DNA of 64,000 bases from a virus: IMG/VR virus record IMGVR_UViG_3300042691_019533, positions 1 through 64,000 of that record, one strand, 5' to 3'. Made by a program: the position numbers and the translations under genes. Below are positions 9,484-17,380 of this stretch, one piece after another (within the stretch, counting starts at the first letter, position 1; each line of letters opens with the position of its first letter). The notes beneath the pieces were generated by a model, which made no database searches, was not told the origin of the DNA, and was given only the letters and a program-made list of their open reading frames with translations.

Positions 9484-9947
9484 TATTTAACTTTGTAAAA
9501 TTTACCTCCATAACTTCTTATGTTATAGTATTTTTGACCTGTTGGTTTAGTTCCATATGAAGTAGTTTGTGCTTCTTTAATAAAAGAATCTTTAGCTGAA
9601 GATGTCATTGGTCTTATTTTTAGATCAAACCATTTCCAAAATCTTGTTTGTGGTTCTACTGGAACTGCCATTATAACATTACATGATTCTGCTGGTAAAT
9701 TTCTCCAATCTTGCATTAAAATATCCCAAGCAGTTACTAATCCTCTACTTGCAGCATTATATGGGTGTGCCATTGTTGGTTTTTTAAAATTTAAAATTTC
9801 TTTTCCGAGAGTAGAATTTAATAAACTTTCGTTTCTGGTGCATAGAATTCTTCTTTTAGGTGGATACCCTAATTTTAAATTTCTTCTATTGAAATTTATT
9901 TCAACTACATGAGTATTGCATATTTGCTCTAAAGAAGAAACTGTCAT
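9483..9947 (-). CDS. SH3/Sm-like beta-barrel protein (WYL_2/DUF2693-like)
   Basis: VVEINF.RR...R.ILCT.N...V.AWD....WR pattern of this T4-like phage family. Confidence 0.55.
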   Translation of the reverse strand: MTVSSLEQICNTHVVEINFNRRNLKLGYPPKRRILCTRNESLLNSTLGKEILNFKKPTMAHPYNAASRGLVTAWDILMQDWRNLPAESCNVIMAVPVEPQTRFWKWFDLKIRPMTSSAKDSFIKEAQTTSYGTKPTGQKYYNIRSYGGKFYKVK

Positions 9948-9954
9948 TTAAGTA

Positions 9955-10332
9955 TTATTTAGGTTCGCAAACTCCAAAAATTCTTGATTCGTTTAAAAAT
10001 ACTATATTTTTTAAATCATTTAAGTTTGCAATTTGTATACCTTTATCGTTAGGAAATATTATAATATCTCCTTCTTTGACTGTTTTAGCGTCTGGACCAG
10101 CGAGCAATACTTTAGCTAGTCTCCAAGTAAAATTAACAGTATTAACTGGAACCCATATACTTCCCCTTTTTACTTCTGTTCCGTCATCGTTAACATCTAT
10201 ATATTGGCACATTAGAATATCATCCAATACTTTAGTTAATTTCCAATCCTCTAGATTCATAGTGCTTCCTATGTAATGATCTAGTTGAACTTTTCCGCCG
10301 ATTTTATCTTCTTGTGGTGGTCTTGGTATCAT
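9955..10332 (-). CDS. GroES/Cpn10-like co-chaperonin (T4 gp31 analogue)
   Basis: AKVLLAGPDAKTVKEGDIIIFP and FLNESRIFGV match Cpn10 motifs. Confidence 0.8.
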   Translation of the reverse strand: MIPRPPQEDKIGGKVQLDHYIGSTMNLEDWKLTKVLDDILMCQYIDVNDDGTEVKRGSIWVPVNTVNFTWRLAKVLLAGPDAKTVKEGDIIIFPNDKGIQIANLNDLKNIVFLNESRIFGVCEPK

Positions 10333-10341
10333 ATATTTTTA

Positions 10342-10704
10342 TTAATTATTTTTTTTACCTAAAAAATCAATCATCTCTTCGTATTGTTCTACTTCTCTAG
10401 TTGAGAGTTCTAAGTTATTTGCTAATTTGTATACGTCTACGTTTTTTTGTTCTTTATTTTTCTTTTTAATATATTGAAATTTTTTATTATTTTTAGGTAA
10501 AAATATTCTATAAAAATTTAAAATGTTTATGTTATTATTTTTTAATAACCATCTATTTGCTAATGAATTAATTATAATGCATATATTATTATCAGTCATA
10601 GATAACCATCTATTAAAAAGATAATAATTTTTAATATTAATTTCGGATATATCTATATCCTTTTTCTTTAAACAAAAATCAATAAGTTTATATATATTAT
10701 CCAT
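10342..10704 (-). CDS. gp62: Clamp-loader small subunit (T4 gp62-like)
   Basis: Likely ATG at 10704. YLFNRWLSM...N...FY...LPK...F.YIKK pattern and size fit gp62. Confidence 0.6.
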   Translation of the reverse strand: MDNIYKLIDFCLKKKDIDISEINIKNYYLFNRWLSMTDNNICIIINSLANRWLLKNNNINILNFYRIFLPKNNKKFQYIKKKNKEQKNVDVYKLANNLELSTREVEQYEEMIDFLGKKNN

Positions 10705-11377
10705 TAGTATAGTTTTTTTTAAAAATATGAGATGATATCTCCCATTCTTTTGACCGCATACTATCTCCCAATCCAAAATGTATTACTCGTATTGGATATA
10801 CTCCCATTTTTAATTTATTTTTATTAGCATTCAAGCAAAAAGATATATCATAATGATGAAAATCAAAATTTTCATCAAATTTTGTTCCTGTATCAAGTAA
10901 TTTTGATACGTTAACTGCCAAGAAAAGACCATCTAATATCAATGCTCTAGAATCAGTTTCTCCGAAACATGTGGTCCATACCTTTTTGTCTTTACTGTGT
11001 GCGACTTCCCCAATCATATCTTGTTTATCACACATTAAATGCCAAGCTGGTATGTGTGAATTTATTTTACATTTTTTAGATCCTGCTAATCCTATAATAT
11101 CATATTTTTCAAATGCTACATCTAGTTTTTCAAAAATAAAAATATCTTCAATTAAAACGTCATCATGAATGAAAATTATTTTTTTGTTTCTATTTTCTTC
11201 AGTTAGAAAAGAATTGTATATTTTAGGTAATCCAGTTTTATTATCATAGATAATATTTGAAATATCATTAAAATTGCCTTTATCTAAAAATAATCCTAAT
11301 TGACTTTTTTCTTTAAAAGAATCTTTTGTATGTGTAGTTGCAGAAACTATTTTATAAGTATTGTTGTTATTTGACAT
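10697..11377 (-). CDS. Glycosyltransferase family 2-like (GT-A)
   Basis: IIFIHDDV (DxD-type), IIGLAG, LDGLFLAV and FDENFDFHHYDISFC motifs. Confidence 0.8.
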   Translation of the reverse strand: MSNNNNTYKIVSATTHTKDSFKEKSQLGLFLDKGNFNDISNIIYDNKTGLPKIYNSFLTEENRNKKIIFIHDDVLIEDIFIFEKLDVAFEKYDIIGLAGSKKCKINSHIPAWHLMCDKQDMIGEVAHSKDKKVWTTCFGETDSRALILDGLFLAVNVSKLLDTGTKFDENFDFHHYDISFCLNANKNKLKMGVYPIRVIHFGLGDSMRSKEWEISSHIFKKNYTNG

Positions 11378-11407
11378 ATCTAAAGGTAAATAATACTATA
11401 TATTTGT

Positions 11408-12010
11408 ATGAAAAGCAACAATTTTAAAGCTAAAAACATTTTAAATAAAAATTTAAAAAAATGCAATATAAAAGAAGATACAGAAATACCTTATATTTCT
11501 AGATTTTTATATTGTCTTCTGAAAGAACAAGAAGATTTACCAAAATCTGAAGATGTTACTCCCTCAGATGAGGTTTCTAGCAATATAGAATCAGAAGAAA
11601 TGAAATCTCCTGATAAATTTACTCCAGAATTAAATAAAAAAGATTTTGAAAATTCTTTAGATAAAGAAACTAAGCCTGATCAGTTTGATACTGAAGGGTT
11701 ATCTCCGGAATCGACAGCAGAAACAATAAGTACTATAAGAGAATGGTCTAAAAAATTAGATGAATTTGCTGAATTTTTAAATGATCCATCGAGCACTACT
11801 AGCGAGGGAAAACCGTCCTTACATAAAATATTATCTGATGGTGATAGATCTGGAAGTTTATTAAGAGGGGTAACGAGAAAAGCTTCCGATTCGATTACTA
11901 GAATAGCTGGTGAAGTTGAAAAATTAAAAGAAATTCTTAATACTTATATTATAACTGCTCCTAAAAAACTTAGAGACACTGAAGGTCAACCAGGCTGGAA
12001 TCAATTCTAA
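11408..12010 (+). CDS. Hypothetical acidic protein (possible internal head protein)
   Basis: 200-aa ORF with a TAAATA motif upstream (11387-11392). Confidence 0.6.
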   Translation: MKSNNFKAKNILNKNLKKCNIKEDTEIPYISRFLYCLLKEQEDLPKSEDVTPSDEVSSNIESEEMKSPDKFTPELNKKDFENSLDKETKPDQFDTEGLSPESTAETISTIREWSKKLDEFAEFLNDPSSTTSEGKPSLHKILSDGDRSGSLLRGVTRKASDSITRIAGEVEKLKEILNTYIITAPKKLRDTEGQPGWNQF

Positions 12011-12966
12011 TATAAAGAATTAAGAATAAAATCACTTTTGATTTCATCTAATTCTTCAAACATAGCCATTTCATTGAAGTCTTTATATGATCCTATATTC
12101 CATCTAAAAACCGATTCTCCTTTTTCTAAAAGTTCCTCTATCTTATTTCTGGCTGATTCATCAACCATAGGATTATCCAATACCCATATTCTTTTATGTA
12201 ATGGAAACTCCGACAATTGTACGTTTTGAGACTTTGTTAGATTTAATCCTGCGGTAGAAACTCCATTTTTAACAAACATAGAATCTATTGGACCTTCAAA
12301 TATAAAAATATAAGGAAAAGAAGAATCTAACTTATCTAAATTAAAAATTGTTTTTTCGTATCCACTTTTTCCCAAATATTTTGGATTTGAGTTATCCAAA
12401 CTTCTAGTTTGATAGAATACTATTTTCTTATTTCTATCATAAAATGGTATACATAATCTATTTTTATGTAAAAAATCAGATAAAGATATATATAAATTAT
12501 TAGGTCTATTAATAGCAGTAAAAATTCTTCTAGATTTTATATATTTTAAAGCGTTATTAAAATTTGAATTTGTAGAATAATATTTTACTTGTAATTCATC
12601 AAAAAGATTAATTGAATCGTGTGGTAAATCGGGTAATTGTTTTTTGTTTTCGGATAAAACTCCAATTAATCTTTTGTCGATATTTATGAAATTGTCGTTT
12701 GTAGATATTTCAGAATCAATTTCGTCTTTTGACATTCCACAAACTTTAGAAATCCATTTAAATGCTGACCAAGTTTTAGAACAATTAAAACAGTGAAATG
12801 TATTACTCTCAGGATAAAAAAATAACCTTTTCTTTTTCCCTAAACTCTTACCTTCTCGACAAACGGGACATCCAGCATTATATGTGTTATCTGATTTCCT
12901 ATGTGTAGGATCTATAGAATACGATAAAAATTTATTTATAACGTATTGTGTTGGTATTTTTGACAT
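12007..12966 (-). CDS. gp61: DNA primase (T4 gp61-like)
   Basis: Zinc finger CPVC...HCFNC, RLCIPF, PKY, TOPRIM EGPIDSMF, DN and KDFNE motifs. Likely start is the ATG at 12966. Confidence 0.9.
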   Translation of the reverse strand: MSKIPTQYVINKFLSYSIDPTHRKSDNTYNAGCPVCREGKSLGKKKRLFFYPESNTFHCFNCSKTWSAFKWISKVCGMSKDEIDSEISTNDNFINIDKRLIGVLSENKKQLPDLPHDSINLFDELQVKYYSTNSNFNNALKYIKSRRIFTAINRPNNLYISLSDFLHKNRLCIPFYDRNKKIVFYQTRSLDNSNPKYLGKSGYEKTIFNLDKLDSSFPYIFIFEGPIDSMFVKNGVSTAGLNLTKSQNVQLSEFPLHKRIWVLDNPMVDESARNKIEELLEKGESVFRWNIGSYKDFNEMAMFEELDEIKSDFILNSLY

Positions 12967-12976
12967 ACTAACATAC

Positions 12977-13004
12977 AATCTATATTAATTTTCTTTCGAG
13001 TCAA
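12977..13004 (-). promoter_or_regulatory. Sigma70-like promoter of the primase gene
   Basis: TTGACT-16 nt-TAGATT, 10 nt before the ATG. Confidence 0.5.
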
Positions 13005-13671
13005 GTGAATTTTTAGGAATGATTATTTTCGGTTTGGCTTGAACTATATCTGACAACAGACTATTATCATCGCCAAATGATGATCCATCTTCCTTCAGAT
13101 ACATTTCTGTCATTATAATTCTTTCTTGTTGATTTCCATATATCTCTATCAGTGCGGGAGTATCATCCGTTGGGAAAACTCTACCATCAGCTTTATTATA
13201 AGATATTTGAAATACTTTAAATAATAAATCTATTTCTTCTCTATAAACTTTATCGATACTTCTAGTGCCATTTTCTTCTATTTTTATATTCGAAAATTTT
13301 GTTAATGGTAAAAAGAAAATAATATCGTATAACTTTAAAGTTTCTTTAACTATTAATCTGGTTTTTTCAAAAAACTCATCAGAAACTCTTCCTTCTTCAT
13401 TCAACCAAGCAGTATAAGCTAAATTATCTAGTACACATCTATCGAATATTACGTTTTCGCTTTTAGAATGTTCGATTATTTGGTCCACTAAAGAATCAAG
13501 TATTAATTGTTGTGAAGTTTCATCGCCCAATTCATTACAATTAATTTTTCCTTCTTTTATTAAAGTTCTGTAGTTAGTTTCTGGCGATGAATACATCGGC
13601 CATTTTTTAATAAAATCTTTTATATAAGTACTTTTACCTATACATTGGGTTCCGGTTACTGCTATTTTCAT
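12985..13671 (-). CDS. P-loop nucleotide kinase/ATPase (AAA_28 / NadR-kinase-like)
   Basis: MKIAVTGTQCIGKST Walker A, IFDRCVLD and YDIIFFLP. Confidence 0.75.
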   Translation of the reverse strand: MKIAVTGTQCIGKSTYIKDFIKKWPMYSSPETNYRTLIKEGKINCNELGDETSQQLILDSLVDQIIEHSKSENVIFDRCVLDNLAYTAWLNEEGRVSDEFFEKTRLIVKETLKLYDIIFFLPLTKFSNIKIEENGTRSIDKVYREEIDLLFKVFQISYNKADGRVFPTDDTPALIEIYGNQQERIIMTEMYLKEDGSSFGDDNSLLSDIVQAKPKIIIPKNSLDSKEN

Positions 13672-13943
13672 TCTTCTATTTCTTCTACTACTATTTCAGG
13701 AAAAACTTTTGAAATGTCTTCTGAATGTTCATCTTCATATTTAACACCCTTAAATAATTCTAAATTTTCAAGAATTATATCAGTATTTGAGTATCTTATT
13801 TTTTTTGCTAAATTAAAAAATTCTTTACAATGACCAATATCAAACTGCCCAGTAACATCCACGCTGGATGAATATAGTAAGGATTCTAATACTAATTTTA
13901 TTTCTTCTTTGTTTAAATTTAAAATATAATCTTTTTGATTCAT
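13668..13943 (-). CDS. Hypothetical protein
   Basis: 91-aa ORF with an ATGA overlap to the kinase and its own promoter. Confidence 0.6.
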   Translation of the reverse strand: MNQKDYILNLNKEEIKLVLESLLYSSSVDVTGQFDIGHCKEFFNLAKKIRYSNTDIILENLELFKGVKYEDEHSEDISKVFPEIVVEEIEE

Positions 13944-13950
13944 ATAAAAA

Positions 13951-13978
13951 ATTATATTATAATAAAATTAAAAATCAA
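13951..13978 (-). promoter_or_regulatory. Sigma70-like promoter
   Basis: TTGATT-16 nt-TATAAT, 7 nt before the ATG at 13943. Confidence 0.6.
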
Positions 13979-13989
13979 CTTTATTTATT

Positions 13990-14427
13990 TTAAAACCTTG
14001 AATCTGGTATTTCTTTTGGAGTTTCTATTACGTTTGTATCTACTTTTTTTGTAGGATCAAATATTTGAGTTAAAGTTGTTACTATTTGAATAGCGTTGTT
14101 ATCGGAAACCGTATCGGGTAACATTTTTATCTTATTAAAAGAATCTTCATCTAAAATATCTTCTTTCTTTAAGAAATTTTTAATTTTGTCATTATCTAAA
14201 AATAGTTTAAATGATTTTAATAAAGAAACTATTTGATCATTTGGAACTATTTGAGTTTCTGATTCTAACTTATCAGAAAGTTTAGTTTCTTCAGCTGGTT
14301 TAATTTCTTGGTTTAAATCTTGTTGATTATCATTTTGATTACTAAGCAAAGGATTATAAGTGTCTTCATTTGCTTCGTTTAATTTTTTTCTTATTTGTTC
14401 ACAAATTCTTAAAAATTTACTATTCAT
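13990..14427 (-). CDS. Hypothetical protein (possible internal head protein)
   Basis: 145 aa. TAAATA motif 6 nt upstream and an N-terminal ...KKLNE motif. Confidence 0.55.
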   Translation of the reverse strand: MNSKFLRICEQIRKKLNEANEDTYNPLLSNQNDNQQDLNQEIKPAEETKLSDKLESETQIVPNDQIVSLLKSFKLFLDNDKIKNFLKKEDILDEDSFNKIKMLPDTVSDNNAIQIVTTLTQIFDPTKKVDTNVIETPKEIPDSRF

Positions 14428-14483
14428 TAATATTATTTACCTTTTTAATTTAAAAATAAATACTAAATTATGTAATTATTTAT

Positions 14484-14909
14484 ATGGTAAATAATTTATT
14501 AAAAATTTTTAAAGAAACTACTTGGTTTTTACATAGCGGTGTAGCACCTAAAAACGCTTCAAGTAGAATAAAGTCAAATCTTGAAGATATGAACCATATG
14601 ACATCTAAAAAATTTGCTATGACTATGATAGCTATAAGTGTTATAGCGTTTATGTATTTTTCTTCTGTTGCCTGTTTATTTTTATTCAAATCTGATCCTC
14701 ATGTTAGTGCATTAGTATCGATGTATAAAGATATGATTGTAGCAGTAGCTAGTATAGCAGCAACTTTAGTTGGTATTCAGGGATTAGTAGACTGGAAATA
14801 CAATTCTAATTCTGATGTAAATTTAAAATCAAATACAGAAAATATAAATGAAACATTAACATCTAATATCAAAGAAGATGATTATGATATATCAAAATTT
14901 TTATTATGA
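14484..14909 (+). CDS. Putative holin
   Basis: Two hydrophobic helices (FAMTMIAISVIAFMYFSSVACLFLF; MIVAVASIAATLVGIQGLV). ATGA-coupled to the endolysin. Confidence 0.6.
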   Translation: MVNNLLKIFKETTWFLHSGVAPKNASSRIKSNLEDMNHMTSKKFAMTMIAISVIAFMYFSSVACLFLFKSDPHVSALVSMYKDMIVAVASIAATLVGIQGLVDWKYNSNSDVNLKSNTENINETLTSNIKEDDYDISKFLL

Positions 14910-15517
14910 ATACTCCATCTCCAAAAACATTAGATTTAATTTTAAAATATGAAGTAGGCGGTGGGAAAGCATACTATGAAAAATTCTTATCGAAACCAAC
15001 TTGGCCTGGTGGAGCTAGTGGTATGACGTTAGGTATAGGAATAGATTGTGCTTATTACACTCCACAAGAATTAAAAAAAATATTTAATTTTTTACCAGAA
15101 GATCAATTATATATTATAGTAAATGCTTCCGGAAAAACTGGATTAAAAGGAAAAGAATATACCATACAAAATAAAAATGGTGGAATTTATATTTCTTGGG
15201 AAAGAGCTATTGAATTATTTAATAAATTAATATGGTTCAAATTTTCAAAAATAGCAGAAAATACATTCCCAAAATTAAATGAATTAAAAGATGATGCTTA
15301 TGGAGCCATAGTATCTTTAGTGTTTAATAGAGGAGGGTCTTTAATAGGTGATTCTAGATTAGAAATGAGAAACATAAAAAAATTAATACCATTAAAAAAA
15401 TATAAAGATATTGCTACAGAAATAAGAAAAATGAAACGACTTTGGATTGGGAAAAATTTAGATGGATTAATCTCAAGAAGAGAAGATGAAGCCAAATTGA
15501 TTGAATCATGCATTTAA
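14906..15517 (+). CDS. Endolysin (pesticin-C/lysozyme-like muramidase)
   Basis: Catalytic-type E in LILKYEVG, PTWPGGASGMTLGIGID, AIVSLVFNRG and GLISRREDEA. Confidence 0.85.
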   Translation: MNTPSPKTLDLILKYEVGGGKAYYEKFLSKPTWPGGASGMTLGIGIDCAYYTPQELKKIFNFLPEDQLYIIVNASGKTGLKGKEYTIQNKNGGIYISWERAIELFNKLIWFKFSKIAENTFPKLNELKDDAYGAIVSLVFNRGGSLIGDSRLEMRNIKKLIPLKKYKDIATEIRKMKRLWIGKNLDGLISRREDEAKLIESCI

Positions 15518-15699
15518 ATAAATTTTTAAATGGAATAGAAAAAGAAAGAGATCCATTTTTTTCAAAATTAGAAGAAAAAGTATTTTCTCAATTAAAAGAA
15601 TTAACAAAAGATGATGTATTTGTAAAAATAGAACAAAATAAATTTGTTTCTTTTGAAGAAGCAATTAAAGAACTCTTAGAAATGAGAAAAAAAAACTAA
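15508..15699 (+). CDS. Hypothetical protein
   Basis: 63-aa ORF overlapping the end of the endolysin gene. Confidence 0.5.
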   Translation: MHLNKFLNGIEKERDPFFSKLEEKVFSQLKELTKDDVFVKIEQNKFVSFEEAIKELLEMRKKN

Positions 15700-15793
15700 G
15701 AATAATATTAAGTGTATTATAGTATTTTAATATATTAGATAATTAAAATAACTTAAAAAATAACTAAAATAACACTTAAATGTTGACATTTAT

Positions 15794-15822
15794 ATCTTAC
15801 ACACTTGAGATCAAGATGTCAA
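15794..15822 (-). promoter_or_regulatory. Near-consensus sigma70-like promoter firing into non-coding AT-rich DNA
   Basis: TTGACA (15822-15817)-17 nt-TAAGAT (15799-15794), embedded in an imperfect inverted repeat at 15783-15822. Confidence 0.55.
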
Positions 15823-15826
15823 TAGT

Positions 15827-16309
15827 TTATTTTAATTTTTTAATAAGACCTTGTAAGAATTCTTCATCTTCCCCCGAAGGAATTAAGCATGGAATATCAA
15901 AAAAAGTACCTTTTTTTGTTTGAAAAGTATTTAAAATATTTTTATTTTCAATAAAATTAGGTAAATTTTTCTTACATACTTTTTTACATAAATCTAAAAA
16001 TTTAAAAGGATTATCAAAATACATTGACCATTCAGTTAAATTTTGTTTTTTAGAAAAAAAACACAGAACTGAACAATTTATTTTGTTTGAATAGGTTAAA
16101 ACTTTTTTAATATCATTTTTAATTTTATTTTCTAAAAAATTTTTAATTATTTTTTGTTTGAAAACAACTTTATCTTGATTAAAAAGATTCCATTCATACA
16201 TAAAATCTATAGTGTCAGCACCTAACTGTTCTATATATTCAAATATATCAAAAATAATAATATTTTCTTTTATATAATAAGAAAAATATACCTTATCTTT
16301 TATATTCAT
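15827..16309 (-). CDS. Hypothetical protein
   Basis: 160-aa ORF with a promoter-like TTGAAT-16-TATCAT (16343-16316) 6 nt upstream. Confidence 0.6.
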   Translation of the reverse strand: MNIKDKVYFSYYIKENIIIFDIFEYIEQLGADTIDFMYEWNLFNQDKVVFKQKIIKNFLENKIKNDIKKVLTYSNKINCSVLCFFSKKQNLTEWSMYFDNPFKFLDLCKKVCKKNLPNFIENKNILNTFQTKKGTFFDIPCLIPSGEDEEFLQGLIKKLK

Positions 16310-16332
16310 AGTAATATGATACTATATTTGAA

Positions 16333-16758
16333 TTATAATTCAATACCTATAAATGATTTTGGAACTTTTCCTATTCTTACGTTTATAATTCCGTTATAAT
16401 AATCTTCTCTAAGAAGAACATTTTGTTCCATTTGTATTTTACATTCAAAATATGCTAATTCCCATTTAGAATTACATAATTTAATTATAATAAATGTAAA
16501 ATTTTCTTTTCCGTATTTTTGTATGTCTTCATTTAATTCATTTGAAGATCCAGTATAAGATTTCCAATCGGATTCTTTAAAATCTATTCTAATTCTTTTT
16601 TTCCCTTTTAATGGTTTTCTTCTTATTTTTGATTTTATTTGTTTTTTACCTATATATTTTTTATTTGTAATATTATTTTTTATTTCGTATATAAATCCAA
16701 AAGTTTCATCTGTAATAGAAATATCTTCAGATAATAACCAATGCCCAAAATTATTCAT
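16333..16758 (-). CDS. GIY-YIG endonuclease
   Basis: GFIYEIKNNITNKKYIGKKQ, WKSYTGSS, G.ENF.F, a conserved E and YYN. Confidence 0.85.
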   Translation of the reverse strand: MNNFGHWLLSEDISITDETFGFIYEIKNNITNKKYIGKKQIKSKIRRKPLKGKKRIRIDFKESDWKSYTGSSNELNEDIQKYGKENFTFIIIKLCNSKWELAYFECKIQMEQNVLLREDYYNGIINVRIGKVPKSFIGIEL

Positions 16759-16961
16759 AATGATTTTTTTTGTAACTTTCTTTTAAATATTTTAATTTTT
16801 TTCTTTTTCTTTTTAGGAGTTCCGCTTATAGCCATGGCCATTTTAATGTTAGGGTCTGTCGCCACATTTCCAGTTGCTTGCCCTCCACTCATAAGAGCGT
16901 CTCCTACAGAATTCATATTCTCTAAAATATTATTAACTAAAGTTTGATATTTATTAAACAT
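16755..16961 (-). CDS. Small basic hypothetical protein
   Basis: 68 aa with a Lys-rich C-terminus. ATGA-coupled to the GIY-YIG gene. Confidence 0.55.
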   Translation of the reverse strand: MFNKYQTLVNNILENMNSVGDALMSGGQATGNVATDPNIKMAMAISGTPKKKKKKIKIFKRKLQKKSL

Positions 16962-16971
16962 ATGTTACTAT
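16944..16971 (+). promoter_or_regulatory. Sigma70-like promoter of the uvsY operon
   Basis: TTGATA-16 nt-TACTAT with an extended TG, 9 nt before the ATG. Confidence 0.55.
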
Positions 16972-16980
16972 ATAATACTT

Positions 16981-17379
16981 ATGGATGTTATATCAAAATA
17001 TAACGAAGAATTAATAGAAGATCTAAAATTAGATCAGATTAATATTTTAGATAAGCAATTGATGTTGCCATCTATTAAGCATAAGTGGGTAGCCAGATTG
17101 ATACATACCAAAAGAGAAAAAAATGATTTAGAAAAAAAGAAAAAGTCGTTAAGAGAAGAAGTCTTTAAAAAGTTCGAAGCAAACGGTATTCCAAAAGGAG
17201 TTCCCAAAGTTTCTATAAAAGAAAAAGTGGACGCGACTAAAACCATAACCGACATAAGTTCTTCTATTGAGGATTGTAATTTATTAATAGAATATTTAGA
17301 AAAAATTGAAAAAATTCTAAGTTCTATGACTTTTGATGTTGGAAACGCAACAAAACTATTAACATTAGAAATAACATAA
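16981..17379 (+). CDS. uvsY: Recombination mediator (UvsY-like)
   Basis: 132 aa, helical. DLKLD..N.....L.LP..KHKW and IEYLE motifs. Directly upstream of uvsW. Confidence 0.7.
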   Translation: MDVISKYNEELIEDLKLDQINILDKQLMLPSIKHKWVARLIHTKREKNDLEKKKKSLREEVFKKFEANGIPKGVPKVSIKEKVDATKTITDISSSIEDCNLLIEYLEKIEKILSSMTFDVGNATKLLTLEIT

Positions 17380-17380
17380 G

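Noticed and set aside
15727-15789. 20-codon minus-strand ORF (MSTFKCYFSYFLSYFNYLIY) after the 15822 promoter
   Set aside because: Its ATG is only 4 nt from the -10 box, probably upstream of the transcription start, and the peptide just reflects the low-complexity repeats.
16333-16758. GIY-YIG gene as a mobile homing endonuclease
   Set aside because: It is only 141 aa, has no recognisable C-terminal DNA-binding module and interrupts no gene. A resident nuclease is more likely, though mobility is not excluded.
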